DNA of 64,000 bases, taken from the NCBI GenBank assembly GCA_038247415.1, contig JBBRUX010000006.1:32001-96000 (forward strand). The letters run 5' to 3'. Origin of the DNA: Chitinivibrionales bacterium (GTDB taxonomy: Bacteria; Fibrobacterota; Chitinivibrionia; Chitinivibrionales; WJKA01). Below the pieces are notes generated by a model that worked only from the letters and a program-made list of their open reading frames with translations, made no database searches and had not been told where the DNA came from. Shown here piece after piece: positions 29,901 through 41,042 of this stretch; positions within the stretch are counted from its first letter, which is position 1, and every line of letters starts with the position of its first letter. Both the position numbers and the translations under genes were made by a program.

Positions 29901-30534
29901 TATTAATGATTTAGGAATCTTTGGACTTCCCGTACCTGATTCAATGATAGCCGTGTTGGGAAAATTAACTCTAAGTTCCCTTGAGATTGATTGGCAAACA
30001 CAGAATGCCCAAAAAATGATTGTCCAACAAAAACACCTTTCGTTTATTAATCATTTCTCAATGTTATTTGTGCAAAAGCATATTGACGCTTTAAAAAGTG
30101 AAAATAATGTGAAAGAGTACGCTCAAAAATTAGCCACCTTAGGGAAACCCATTAATGGAAGGCATGTTGTAGGAATCCCCTTGCTCCTAACTCATGCCGA
30201 AGCGAATGAATGGTGTAAACGTCATGGTGGCAGCCTGTATGCTCCTGAAGGTGAAAAAGCTTTTAAGGAGTTGCGAATATATGTAGCCTCATTGTGCGAG
30301 ACTTATTCCGGAATTGGGATGGCGATTCCAATTGATCAGAGGTCACATCGATTTCGCTGGAGGGATGAATCGCTTGGGAATGAATGGTGGGCACAACCGA
30401 CCGATGAGTCTGCAGCATTGCAAACTGGATATGTTGAATTTATTGCATCAAGAGGTTTATGGTTCTCCGCACTCGAAAAAGAACAGCGGATATGCTTTAT
30501 AATGGAAATTGATAAAAAATATCTTGAAAATTGA
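26914..30534 (+). CDS. Membrane Ser/Thr protein kinase with extracytoplasmic beta-sandwich, leucine-rich repeats and a C-type-lectin-like tail
   Basis: Hanks motifs (IARGGMSVV, VAVK, HRDLKPAN, DWG, GTPAYMAPEQ, DIYSLG), a TM near aa 407-427, LRRs (DLSPLxGLPLxxL). Confidence 0.9.
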   Translation: MMASDFPPKKDGKKNNSRNKEYELPLLFGPPASLSGAEAVSATLRDAGEISGIRLPTQFIATHELDPNQPTMPRYTLLEKIARGGMSVVYDAFDCDLKRDVAVKVCQTGGARERLRLIEEAQITGQLEHPGIVPVHEIGVAADGNFFFTMKLVNGKSLKEVIDEIQAGPTHRPPEYSESSLLLAFINVCNAMAFAHAKGVVHRDLKPANIMMGKFGEVLVMDWGLAKIKGTVERFSPKDSTQEGPTNLDDSSQILHSQESSIRSMREDTGVELTMDGAVIGTPAYMAPEQARGKIDEVDEQSDIYSLGAILYEILTLSRAVDGTTITELMSTVINGCIVPPHIKKPGVSPELSAIALKALACKKKFRYITVNELREDVQRYLEGRSVSAKTDSAYERVVKFVKRNKILSGSAIAIFGIVVFSLFVNMHQRSLTEKAFVNYKVEQKARESLIARDFYECQRQWVCVFSEDFSDTNVRDRWDVSYGAFNVDRAHQGFSNLKVPIKVDNRMLHLTGGLPQCLTLKVPIRGDCAIEFDCIQPGIYRNDISCFIGAMGSSYSENMPYTGYLFQCGGFDNTRNLIRRADVTLWQQYGKPIEQGARYTVRAERVGEVLRFIVNGDTIGSIVDSRPLYGADHSRIGIYGYRSECLYGPIRIYRMGVPLKDDLLEVARYNLKQGNFETARDLFDDIASASFDPSRRETAKVELAKTLRLLKIKQMVPGYRDILTKKWGIDNPQLDVMDYGLYLDLTTATQSITDLAPLIGIPLGKFEFDGLPIKSLEPLRGMTLVNIMMRNMVVVTLEPLRGMPLEGVDISYSRQIASIEPISNPSLTELRANNCSISDISALKETNLKVLELANNLVVDLSPLQGLPLEEMLLSNCDVADLSPLQNMKLLILNVNRDKRIADLSPLTHMPLVKLYLKETSIQSITALKGMPLRILDISRTKISDISFLETLPLNELIAFETNITSLNPLCGKKLTKINISNTQVKDLSPLRGMNINDLGIFGLPVPDSMIAVLGKLTLSSLEIDWQTQNAQKMIVQQKHLSFINHFSMLFVQKHIDALKSENNVKEYAQKLATLGKPINGRHVVGIPLLLTHAEANEWCKRHGGSLYAPEGEKAFKELRIYVASLCETYSGIGMAIPIDQRSHRFRWRDESLGNEWWAQPTDESAALQTGYVEFIASRGLWFSALEKEQRICFIMEIDKKYLEN

Positions 30535-30560
30535 CAAATTAGCTATTGCGAAAATATGTC

Positions 30561-30590
30561 TTGCAAAATATGTTATATACATCGTATAAT
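30561..30590 (+). promoter_or_regulatory. Putative sigma-70 promoter of the atp operon
   Basis: TTGCAA-18 nt-TATAAT, 33 nt upstream of the first atp gene. Confidence 0.45.
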
Positions 30591-30623
30591 TCGTACTTGG
30601 CAATGTGGTAGTGCTTTGAACGT

Positions 30624-30860
30624 ATGACTGAAAAAAACAAACCGGATACAAAAAAGTATCGAACCGATTTTATCCGGGCAGCTAATATTTCTAGTGCCGG
30701 ATTTTCGCTTGTTATTTCAACCATACTTGGGGGCGGTTTAGGGTGGGTGCTCGATAAATATTTTCACACTTCCCCTGTTCTTTCAATTATTTTTTTTGTG
30801 CTTGGAATTATAAGTGGCTTTTACAGCATGTATCGCATAGTTCGGAATAACATTGAATAG
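30624..30860 (+). CDS. atpZ: AtpZ/AtpI family protein
   Basis: GGGLGWVLDKYFHTSP motif, two TMs, first gene of the atp operon. Confidence 0.85.
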   Translation: MTEKNKPDTKKYRTDFIRAANISSAGFSLVISTILGGGLGWVLDKYFHTSPVLSIIFFVLGIISGFYSMYRIVRNNIE

Positions 30861-31119
30861 TTTTTTTATTGGGACTGCGATAGGCTTGCTAGATTGTCTC
30901 GGTTTCTTTTACACGGTTAAGTTTCTTTTTGTCAATAAGACTATTAAAAATCCGTTTCTGTTTAGTTTTCTTGAAATTGGCCGATTGATTGCATGTGGTG
31001 TTATTCTTGTAACGCTGCTAAGAAGTAATCTAAATTTGTCGATTTATGTAGTTCTTGGTTGTGCAATTGCATTTTCATTTGGCGGAAAATTCTTTCTGAT
31101 TCTTAGAAAGACTCAATAA
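30853..31119 (+). CDS. ATP synthase subunit I-like membrane protein
   Basis: Small hydrophobic ORF between atpZ and atpB; TTG start overlaps the upstream stop. Confidence 0.65.
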   Translation: MNSFFIGTAIGLLDCLGFFYTVKFLFVNKTIKNPFLFSFLEIGRLIACGVILVTLLRSNLNLSIYVVLGCAIAFSFGGKFFLILRKTQ

Positions 31120-31122
31120 ATT

Positions 31123-31833
31123 ATGGATCATACCGAAGCAGTTCTCCTTTCGTTTTTGCATTTTACCCTTCCAGGTTTAACGCATGCACAAACAATGGTT
31201 GTCGAGTACACCTGGATCGCTATTCTTCTTGTAATAGTGCCTTTGGCATTTGTTGCGGCTAATCTTAAGCGCGTCCCAAGAGGGTATCAAAATGTTGTTG
31301 AAAGTTTAATTGGTGCCTTAGAGGGCTATATCGTAACAATTGTTGGAACTGCTGGCCTCAAATATTTCACGCTTATTGCATCGGTATTTTTCTTTATTGC
31401 CGCAGCTAATTATCTTGGTTTGGTTCCAGGATGTCTGGCACCAACTGGCGCATTAACAACAAATGCTGCTTGGGCAATAATTGTTTTTGTATTTTATAAT
31501 TTTTTAGGTTTTCAGAAGCACGGTTTTATTGGATATATAAAGCATTTCTTTGGGCCAATCTGGTGGATGGCGCCAGTAGTTTTTGTGGTTGAGATAATTT
31601 CTCAGTTTGCACGACCACTTTCTCTTTCCTTTCGACTTTTTGCTAATTTGCTTGCTGGTGAAACAATTATAAAATTATTATTTTCGGTAGCGCTTGGATC
31701 GTTTTTGTTTTTTGTGCCTTCGTTTTGGATGCTCTGGGAAAGCATAATAACAGCCCCAATTCAGGCATTTGTTTTCTCTTTGCTCACTATGGTGTATATC
31801 GGTGGTGCAATTGGTAGCGATGAAGAGCATTAA
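31123..31833 (+). CDS. atpB: F0F1 ATP synthase subunit a
   Basis: RPLSLSFRLFAN with the essential Arg; IQAFVFSLLTMVY. Confidence 0.96.
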   Translation: MDHTEAVLLSFLHFTLPGLTHAQTMVVEYTWIAILLVIVPLAFVAANLKRVPRGYQNVVESLIGALEGYIVTIVGTAGLKYFTLIASVFFFIAAANYLGLVPGCLAPTGALTTNAAWAIIVFVFYNFLGFQKHGFIGYIKHFFGPIWWMAPVVFVVEIISQFARPLSLSFRLFANLLAGETIIKLLFSVALGSFLFFVPSFWMLWESIITAPIQAFVFSLLTMVYIGGAIGSDEEH

Positions 31834-31858
31834 TATTCATTTATTATAGTAACGATAA

Positions 31859-32143
<285 letters not shown>

Positions 32144-32224
32144 ATAAGAGATAGTTGTTTTGTTGGCGAATTGATTGTTGAGCATTATAGTAAGGTAGAG
32201 AGCTTTTTTTCCTAAGAGGACGCT

Positions 32225-32719
32225 ATGGAATTTAGTTTAAAATTATTTATTTATCAGATTGTCAATTTTGCCATTCTTATGGTAATTTTGTCGATTATTT
32301 TCAACAAGTTTATTCGTCCTTTCATGAAGAAACGAGCAGACGATATCAAATCTTCCTTCGATCAAATCGAAGTGCAGAAAAAAGATATCGAATCGCTAAA
32401 GCAAGATTACACTAATCAGGTTGCCCAGATGCGTCAAACTGCAAAAGCAGAAATTGACAAAGCAATCGAAGAAGGTAACAAAATTCGCGAAGAGATTGTA
32501 GCCAAATCAGAAAAAGATGCTGCAGCCCTTGTTGAAAAGGCTCGCGGAGAAATCGATCATGAACGGCAAAAGGCTCTTAATTCAATTCAAAAAGAAGTTG
32601 CTCAACTTTCAATGCTTGCAGCTCGTCAAATAATTGGCAAACAATTGGATGAAGCAACAAGCAAAAAATTAGTCGAAGATTTCCTGGCTGATCTCAATGC
32701 TTCACAACCACAGAGATAA
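32225..32719 (+). CDS. atpF: F0F1 ATP synthase subunit b
   Basis: QIVNFAIL TM plus coiled coil; operon position. Confidence 0.95.
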   Translation: MEFSLKLFIYQIVNFAILMVILSIIFNKFIRPFMKKRADDIKSSFDQIEVQKKDIESLKQDYTNQVAQMRQTAKAEIDKAIEEGNKIREEIVAKSEKDAAALVEKARGEIDHERQKALNSIQKEVAQLSMLAARQIIGKQLDEATSKKLVEDFLADLNASQPQR

Positions 32720-32733
32720 GGGCGCTATTTCGT

Positions 32734-33270
32734 ATGCTTGATAACTCGCTTGCAAATCGATACGCCGATGCCTTATATAATGCCGTTTCTAGCGCTGGAT
32801 CTGTGCAAACGGCTCAACAGGAGCTTGAGGCCGTTGTTGCTCAACTGGTAGGAAACACCGATGTAAAGAGAATCCTCTTTCATCCGGCTATTCCGGTAAC
32901 CGAAAAAAAGACTTTTTGCAGCGAGCTGCTTGGAAAATCTATTTCCCCCAGTGTACACAATTTTATTGACGTTTTGCTCGATTCAAAAAGAATACAATAT
33001 CTTTCTCTGATTGTGGATCTTTTTATAAAGCGTGCTCTACGCGAAAACAATCGTGTAACAGCTCTCGTTCGCACAGCTCGTCCGCTCTCACCTGAGCTTA
33101 AAACCAAAATTGAGCAAGCTCTTCTTCGCTATACAGGCGTAGCAGTAGATATGTCGATACAAGAAGATGCAGAACTCATTGGCGGAATTTCTATACAAAT
33201 TGGTGATAAATTGATTGATGGCAGTGTTGCTTATAAATTGCAAAAAATGACCGAATCGTTAGTTTCGTAA
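32734..33270 (+). CDS. atpH: F0F1 ATP synthase subunit delta
   Basis: ANRYADAL…LIGGISIQIGDKLIDGSV. Confidence 0.95.
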   Translation: MLDNSLANRYADALYNAVSSAGSVQTAQQELEAVVAQLVGNTDVKRILFHPAIPVTEKKTFCSELLGKSISPSVHNFIDVLLDSKRIQYLSLIVDLFIKRALRENNRVTALVRTARPLSPELKTKIEQALLRYTGVAVDMSIQEDAELIGGISIQIGDKLIDGSVAYKLQKMTESLVS

Positions 33271-33331
33271 TGCGCTAGTGATTCCACTTTAGGAGTTCAC
33301 AGCATTCTACGCTCGAAAGGAACAGGGGACC

Positions 33332-34837
33332 ATGAAGATCAATCCCGAAGAGATTACCCAGATTATCCAGAATCGCATTCAGTCGTACCAATCGAAATTG
33401 GAGATGGTTTCAACCGGAACTGTTATTCAGGTTGGTGACGGTATCGCACGTGTATATGGTATCGATCGTTGCATGTATGCCGAACTACTCGAATTCGAAA
33501 ACGGTGGATTCGGCATGGCACTTAACCTCGAACCCGATAACGTGGGTGTAGTGCTTTTGGGCGAAGACAAGTTTGTTAAAGAAGGCGATACGGTTCGTTG
33601 CACTGGGCGCGTTATGGAAGTTCCTGTTGGCAAGGAAATTATAGGTCGTATTGTAGATCCTATTGGTCAACCTCTCGATGGCAAAGGGCCAATTGCTACA
33701 ACAAAATTTCGTATGCTCGAAGAAAAAGCAAAGGGAGTTGTTGAACGCGGGTCAGTTAAAGAGCCTTTGCAAACAGGGCTTAAAGCTATCGACTCCATGA
33801 TTCCCATTGGTCGTGGTCAGCGCGAACTTATTATTGGAGACCGCGGCACCGGAAAAACATCGGTTGCAGTTGATACTATTATTAATCAAAAGGGTGCTGG
33901 TGTCATTTGCATCTATGTTGCTATTGGACAGAAACAATCGACAATTGCTCGTATTCATAAAGTTCTCGAAGATCGTGGCGCAATGGAATATACCATTATC
34001 GTTGCTGCATCGGCTTCCGATTCTGCGGCTCTGCAATATATAGCTCCCTATGCTGGTACGGCGATTGGTGAAGAAATTAGAGATAATGGTGGACATGGTC
34101 TTATAATTTACGATGATTTGTCTAAGCATGCTGTGGCTTATCGTCAACTTTCGCTTCTTCTGCGTCGGCCTCCAGGGCGCGAAGCGTATCCCGGCGATGT
34201 GTTTAATTTGCATTCACGGTTGCTCGAACGCTCTGCTAAATTATCTGCGGCGTTGGGTGGTGGATCGCTCACAGCACTTCCTATTATCGAAACTCAAGCA
34301 GGTGACGTTTCTGCATATATTCCAACGAATGTTATTTCCATCACCGATGGACAAATATATCTCGAAAGTAATTTGTTTTATTCTGGTGTACGACCTGCTA
34401 TTAATGCGGGTATTTCGGTATCCCGTGTTGGAGGAAAAGCTCAGACAAAAGCTATGCGTCAAGTTGCGGGCAAGCTTCGTATGGATTTGGCACAATATCG
34501 TGAACTTGCTGCCTTTGCGCAGTTTGGATCCGAACTCGACAAGTCTGCTCTCGCACAAATAGCTCGTGGAGAACGTATGGTTGAATTGCTTAAGCAAAAC
34601 GAGCAGGAACCAATGCCTTTCGAAGAGCAAGTAGCCGTCATTTTTGCTGGTTCCAACGGGTTTCTCGACGATATTCCTGTTGCAAAAATCCGGAAGTTCG
34701 AAGCAGATTTTCTCGCCCACATCAAAAGATCCGAAGCGTCGATTCTTGTTGATTTGCGCGAAAAGAAAGAAATTACCGACGAGCTTAAAGCTAAGCTTTC
34801 TGCTGTGATAGAGACATTCAAAAAGGAACGGATGTAA
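33332..34837 (+). CDS. atpA: F0F1 ATP synthase subunit alpha
   Basis: [37 protein letters not shown]. Confidence 0.99.
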   Translation: MKINPEEITQIIQNRIQSYQSKLEMVSTGTVIQVGDGIARVYGIDRCMYAELLEFENGGFGMALNLEPDNVGVVLLGEDKFVKEGDTVRCTGRVMEVPVGKEIIGRIVDPIGQPLDGKGPIATTKFRMLEEKAKGVVERGSVKEPLQTGLKAIDSMIPIGRGQRELIIGDRGTGKTSVAVDTIINQKGAGVICIYVAIGQKQSTIARIHKVLEDRGAMEYTIIVAASASDSAALQYIAPYAGTAIGEEIRDNGGHGLIIYDDLSKHAVAYRQLSLLLRRPPGREAYPGDVFNLHSRLLERSAKLSAALGGGSLTALPIIETQAGDVSAYIPTNVISITDGQIYLESNLFYSGVRPAINAGISVSRVGGKAQTKAMRQVAGKLRMDLAQYRELAAFAQFGSELDKSALAQIARGERMVELLKQNEQEPMPFEEQVAVIFAGSNGFLDDIPVAKIRKFEADFLAHIKRSEASILVDLREKKEITDELKAKLSAVIETFKKERM

Positions 34838-34842
34838 GAGAC

Positions 34843-35700
34843 ATGGCTACAACGCGCGAGATAAAGCGTCGTATAGTCAGCGTAAAGAATACGCAGAAGA
34901 TAACCAAAGCAATGGAAATGGTTTCTTCTGTAAAGCTGCGAAAGGCGCGAGCCCAAATTACTGCAGCACGTCCTTACGCCGAAAAGCTTGCTGAAATGGC
35001 AGCGCATATGCGGGAAAGTTTAACAGGTACTGCCTCGCAACTCTTATCCGATCGTCCTCTTAAAAATATTGGTCTTGTAGTATTGACATCCGATAAGGGT
35101 ATGTGTGGGGGGTTTAATTCTAATTCGATACGAAAGGCCATAGCTTTTATTAAAGAATCAGAAGCTGCGCCTGTGCGTATTACAACCATCGGAAAAAAAG
35201 GAACAGACTTTTTTTCGCGTAGAAAAATTCCGCTGCAAAGTTCTTATAATGATGTTTTTTTCAAGCCTGCTTATGCAATGGCCGAATCTATTGGTTCTAA
35301 ATTGCTTCATGCATTTCTGGCGGGAGAAATTGACTGCGTATATGTTGCCTACAACGAATTTAAGAGTGTTGGTTCTTCACGCGTATGTCTGGAAAAACTT
35401 TTGCCTGTTCCTGCATTAGATGCTAAAACTCACCAGACGAAAACCGATTATCTTTTTGAACCACAACCCGAAGAGTGTATCGATGTCCTTTTGTCGAGAT
35501 ATTTTACTGGCCAATTATGGCGGATTATTCTTGAGTCATTTGCGTCTGAACAAAGTTCACGTATGACTGCTATGCATGGAGCAACAAAAAATGCAGGTGA
35601 ACTTATCGAGAAATTGACTTTGTATTATAATAAAGCGCGACAATCTGCAATTACTAAAGAATTGTTGGAAGTAGTAAGCGGAGCAGAAGCGCTTAAATAA
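34843..35700 (+). CDS. atpG: F0F1 ATP synthase subunit gamma
   Basis: KITKAMEMV, SDKGMCGGFN, RQSAITKEL. Confidence 0.98.
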   Translation: MATTREIKRRIVSVKNTQKITKAMEMVSSVKLRKARAQITAARPYAEKLAEMAAHMRESLTGTASQLLSDRPLKNIGLVVLTSDKGMCGGFNSNSIRKAIAFIKESEAAPVRITTIGKKGTDFFSRRKIPLQSSYNDVFFKPAYAMAESIGSKLLHAFLAGEIDCVYVAYNEFKSVGSSRVCLEKLLPVPALDAKTHQTKTDYLFEPQPEECIDVLLSRYFTGQLWRIILESFASEQSSRMTAMHGATKNAGELIEKLTLYYNKARQSAITKELLEVVSGAEALK

Positions 35701-35726
35701 CTGTGAATTCACGAAGTGTTCGATAG

Positions 35727-37190
<1,464 letters not shown>

Positions 37191-37241
37191 AAGGTTCGTA
37201 TTTATCGTACACTAATCTGTAAGACGTATAGGTGCATAACC

Positions 37242-37652
37242 ATGATTGAGCAGAGTACTTTTCAATTGCAAATTGTGACCCCTGAAAAAATTGCATTTTC
37301 CGAAAATGTAAATTATGCTATTTTTCCAGGTGCAGATGGGGATCTTGGTGTGTTGCCTCATCATGCAGCATTGCTTTCGGAGCTTGCTATTGGGGCAATT
37401 GCTGTGACCATAGGCGCTACTAAAAAAGTCTTTGCGATATCTGGCGGATTTCTTGAAGTGCGAGACAATAGCGCTACGGTTGTTGCAGACACCGTTGAAG
37501 CGGCTTCCGAGATCGATGTTGCGCGCGCCCAAAAAGCACAAGAATCAGCAATGCACCAGGCAGAAACCGGAAACGATTACGATAAAAAAGAAGCAGAATT
37601 AAGGCTTAAAAGATCTCTTAATCGCCTGAAAATAGCTTCTTCTCATTCGTAA
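37242..37652 (+). CDS. atpC: F0F1 ATP synthase subunit epsilon
   Basis: IVTPE…GDLGVLPHH…ISGGFLEV. Confidence 0.96.
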   Translation: MIEQSTFQLQIVTPEKIAFSENVNYAIFPGADGDLGVLPHHAALLSELAIGAIAVTIGATKKVFAISGGFLEVRDNSATVVADTVEAASEIDVARAQKAQESAMHQAETGNDYDKKEAELRLKRSLNRLKIASSHS

Positions 37653-37706
37653 TTTGTAAATCCCAGGATTCTGTTGCACCTTCGCTTAACAGATGTGTAA
37701 GGAATT

Positions 37707-38486
37707 ATGGATTTATCAATTATCCTCGGTTTAGCCATCGCTTTCGGCGGCTTTTTTGCAGGTATCGTGCTGGAAGGCGGAAACGTCATGATGTACGTGG
37801 GGATTTCCGCCGCAGCGATCATCGGAGGTGGAACTATCGGCGCGGTTATGATCGCCACACCTCTGCATGTGCTCATGAAAATTCCTCAGTATATTATAAT
37901 TATTATTACTGAGCGTCATTACGATATTCCTGGTGCAATAAAAATGCTTGTCGGCTTTTCTGAAAAAGCTCGACGTGAGGGAATTTTAAGTCTTGAAGCA
38001 GAGCTTTCAAATATCAAAGATGATTTTTTGCGTCAAGGCGTTCAGCTTGTTATCGATGGCACAGATCCAACGCTTGTTCGCGATACGCTCGAAACTAAAA
38101 TTGCTTACATAGAAGAACGGCATCATCATGGAATTGGTGTATTTGAAGCGGCGGGCGGATTTGCCCCTACTATGGGAATTATTGGGACTGTTCTTGGTCT
38201 TATCAATGTGCTTTCCAATTTGTCGCAACCCGAAACGTTGGGAGCAGCTATTGCACTTGCCTTTATTGCGACATTGTATGGAATTTTGTCAGCAAATATT
38301 CTTTATCTCCCAATGGCCGTTAAGCTCAAACATAAGCATAAGGCCGAACAAGTTTACAAAGAGATCTTGCTGGAAGGTATTTTGTGCCTTCAATCGGGTG
38401 ATAATCCTCGCATGGTAGAACAAAAGCTCAAGGCTTTCCTCTCTACTGGAGACGCCAAAAAAATCGAGAGCGTTAATAAACAATAG
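37707..38486 (+). CDS. motA: Flagellar-type stator protein MotA
   Basis: ARREGILSLE, APTMGIIGTVLGL, AFIATLYG, GDNPR; four-TM flagellar MotA architecture. Confidence 0.93.
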   Translation: MDLSIILGLAIAFGGFFAGIVLEGGNVMMYVGISAAAIIGGGTIGAVMIATPLHVLMKIPQYIIIIITERHYDIPGAIKMLVGFSEKARREGILSLEAELSNIKDDFLRQGVQLVIDGTDPTLVRDTLETKIAYIEERHHHGIGVFEAAGGFAPTMGIIGTVLGLINVLSNLSQPETLGAAIALAFIATLYGILSANILYLPMAVKLKHKHKAEQVYKEILLEGILCLQSGDNPRMVEQKLKAFLSTGDAKKIESVNKQ

Positions 38487-38498
38487 AGCGCTTTTCGT

Positions 38499-39374
38499 AT
38501 GCCAAAAAAGAAACCGCCAGCTGCCGAAAAGGAAAATGCCGAGCGTTGGCTTCTTACCTATGCCGATCTGATTACCTTGCTTATGGTGTTTTTTGTGGTG
38601 CTTTACAGCATGAGTTCTGTGAACGCCCAAAAATTTTCGGAACTTTCAGAATCACTTTCAATTATGTTTGGCCAAACAGGGCGCAGCGGCGTTCTTGACG
38701 GAGGCCGCACTGTACTTCCCGATCCCAAAACACACAAACAGCCTCGCGAAATTACAAATACCAAGAATCGAATCAATAAGTTGATTGCTAAAATGGGACT
38801 CGAAGGAAAAATTCAGGCAACACTTCAGGAACGTGGGCTTGTAATAAGCATGCACGATACGGTGCTCTTTAAGCTCGGGAATGCTGAGCTTGGACCAGAG
38901 GCGAAAGCTGTTATGGGTAGGTTAGCACAAGTACTCACAAGCATTCCCAACGCAATTCGCATTGAAGGCCACACCGATAATATACCTATTCATACAAGTC
39001 AATTTTTTTCAAACTGGGAACTTTCTACTGCTCGAGCAACTAATGTGTTGCAGTTTCTAGCCCAAGATGATCTCATTGTACCTGATAGACTATCTGCTGC
39101 GGGATATGGTCAATATCGACCAATAGCGGATAATTCAACAGAATATAATAGGGCAATAAATAGGCGTGTAGATATCGTTGTACTCTCGGAGGAATTCAAT
39201 AGGTTTGAGCCAGGTCAGACTGATACGCTTGGAACCGAAGATGTAAAAAGTCCTTTAGAAAAACTCGATTCAATAACTTCTGCCCGCGAAGCGGCTTCGG
39301 GGGAGATTAATTCCTGGATTGTGCCACAAGAAAAAACGTCCGCAGATCAACAGGCATTAAAGGGAGAACATTAA
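38499..39374 (+). CDS. motB: Flagellar-type stator protein MotB
   Basis: WLLTYADLITLL plug/TM with the conserved Asp; OmpA-like domain IEGHTD, NWELSTARA, NRRVDI. Confidence 0.93.
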   Translation: MPKKKPPAAEKENAERWLLTYADLITLLMVFFVVLYSMSSVNAQKFSELSESLSIMFGQTGRSGVLDGGRTVLPDPKTHKQPREITNTKNRINKLIAKMGLEGKIQATLQERGLVISMHDTVLFKLGNAELGPEAKAVMGRLAQVLTSIPNAIRIEGHTDNIPIHTSQFFSNWELSTARATNVLQFLAQDDLIVPDRLSAAGYGQYRPIADNSTEYNRAINRRVDIVVLSEEFNRFEPGQTDTLGTEDVKSPLEKLDSITSAREAASGEINSWIVPQEKTSADQQALKGEH

Positions 39375-39377
39375 TCT

Positions 39378-40505
39378 ATGAGGTTTTTGAGAACCGCATT
39401 GTTAGTGGGTATGCTCTTTGGTGCCGCGTGGGCTCAATCTGATATTTCTGTCCTTAATTTTCCACGTGTAAATTTAGCTGCTGTTATTATTTTGGGTTCA
39501 ATCATTATTCTTATCATTGGTGGTTTTGTAGTTTACGAGATTTCGCGCAGGCGACGGCAAGTCAAAGATGAAACTAAAGTAGCGCACTCGATTTTTGAAA
39601 TCAATGCTCAGCGGGTTGGATTAACCGATGAAGAAGCAACCCGGCTTTACCACATTGCTGAAAGCGCCCAGGTTCCGCAAATCAATGATGTGTTTGAACA
39701 GATTGCAGTATTCGAAAGAAGCATCGACAAGGAAGTTACATCCTTTTTATCACGGGGAATTCGCCCAGAAACACGGCTTTTAGAAGAAAAAATTCTCAGC
39801 GAAATTAGGAAAAAGCTTAAATTTAATTTTCTTGAGCTTGAACACCCTCTCGTGTCAACAAGAAATATTTCGCCTGGGCAAATTGTTGCAATTTATACCA
39901 AGAATAGTCGGCAGCCCCTCATCCCGCGTGCACGCGTAACGCGAAATCATGAGTTTTATTGTGCACTTGAATTCGATCCTAAAATGAGTTTGCTCGTTGC
40001 TCCGGGAGAAATGATCCGTATTGCATTTACACGTCAGAACGATGGAGTATACGGCATTGAAGTCCCAGTTGCTATGGCCGTAAGTGGCGTTATTGAAGTT
40101 TACCATACGCTAGAGCTCAAACGACACCAGATGCGCAAAGATGTTCGCCTTGAGGTTAATCTCCCCTTACGATTTCGTGTTATTCGCCCCATTGATGCTG
40201 TGCATACTCAATCATTGGGGGAACAACCGTTTTCTGCAAAAATCGCCGATATTTCTGGGGGTGGATTAAGTTTTATCTCCGAAAAAGCTCAAAAGTCAGG
40301 CGACATTCTTTCTCTTTCATTCTCTGCAGGCGAGCAGAGCCTTATGAATGGTCTGAAAGCAAAGGTTTTACGCATTGGCCGGCAGAAAAGCGAAAAAGAG
40401 CTCTATCGGCACCATGTGCAATTTATTGAGATAGAAGAGCCTCAACGCGAAAAAATTATCAAGTATATTTTCGAAAAGCAACATCAAATTAATCAGTGGC
40501 GTTAA
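39378..40505 (+). CDS. Membrane-anchored PilZ/YcgR-type c-di-GMP-binding protein (flagellar brake-like)
   Basis: QMRKDVR (RxxxR) and DISGGG (DxSxxG) motifs; N-terminal signal-like segment plus TM; begins 3 nt after motB. Confidence 0.85.
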   Translation: MRFLRTALLVGMLFGAAWAQSDISVLNFPRVNLAAVIILGSIIILIIGGFVVYEISRRRRQVKDETKVAHSIFEINAQRVGLTDEEATRLYHIAESAQVPQINDVFEQIAVFERSIDKEVTSFLSRGIRPETRLLEEKILSEIRKKLKFNFLELEHPLVSTRNISPGQIVAIYTKNSRQPLIPRARVTRNHEFYCALEFDPKMSLLVAPGEMIRIAFTRQNDGVYGIEVPVAMAVSGVIEVYHTLELKRHQMRKDVRLEVNLPLRFRVIRPIDAVHTQSLGEQPFSAKIADISGGGLSFISEKAQKSGDILSLSFSAGEQSLMNGLKAKVLRIGRQKSEKELYRHHVQFIEIEEPQREKIIKYIFEKQHQINQWR

Positions 40506-40647
40506 TTCGTTGTGTTTTCCCTCCTCATAAAAATCGCATTTCTTTCCAACGCTACCATCCTCTGCAAATAAATTAAACTCCCGCAACTTTTTGGTCGATA
40601 TAGTATATAGAGCGCTTAATTATTAAGCGTGTAACCAGGAGGCGGGT

Positions 40648-40824
40648 ATGAATGAATTAAAATTGAATATGATACGTAAAGCACGGGAAGCTTATGCAGA
40701 TATATTCCCTTGTACCACAAAAGGGAATCTTGAGGAGTGCTTTACGCTCGAAGGTAATCAGGTATTCTTCTGGTTTAATACTCCCGATAAAACTACCCAC
40801 ATGATGATGAGCGATGTAAAATAA
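40648..40824 (+). CDS. Small hypothetical protein, 58 aa (not in ORF track)
   Basis: AGGAGG RBS 5 nt before ATG; MNELKLNMIRKAREAYADIFPCTTKGNLEECFTLEGNQVFFWFNTPDKTTHMMMSDVK. Confidence 0.7.
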   Translation: MNELKLNMIRKAREAYADIFPCTTKGNLEECFTLEGNQVFFWFNTPDKTTHMMMSDVK

Positions 40825-40923
40825 AGGTTAATAATTGAGAAAACGAATAATGTCTATTTCTTTTATAACCTTATAAACATCGTCCTAACTTGCTAATTTT
40901 CTATAATTTAACTCATTTTTTCC

Positions 40924-40951
40924 TTGCATTTTATAATAAAATAGCTATACT
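40924..40951 (+). promoter_or_regulatory. Putative sigma-70 promoter
   Basis: TTGCAT-16 nt-TATACT in an AT-rich intergenic region upstream of 41043. Confidence 0.35.
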
Positions 40952-41042
40952 ATTAATTAAAGATTTAAAACAACAGCGGTAGTTTCTGTTTATCCATTTT
41001 TGTTGCGCTACATTTTCTTTACACTCTTTTAAAGGGGTTAGT

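Noticed and set aside
37707..39374. motA/motB as ZorA/ZorB anti-phage components
   Set aside because: MotA is the normal-length four-TM flagellar type with no long ZorA tail, and no zorC/D/E-like neighbours are present.
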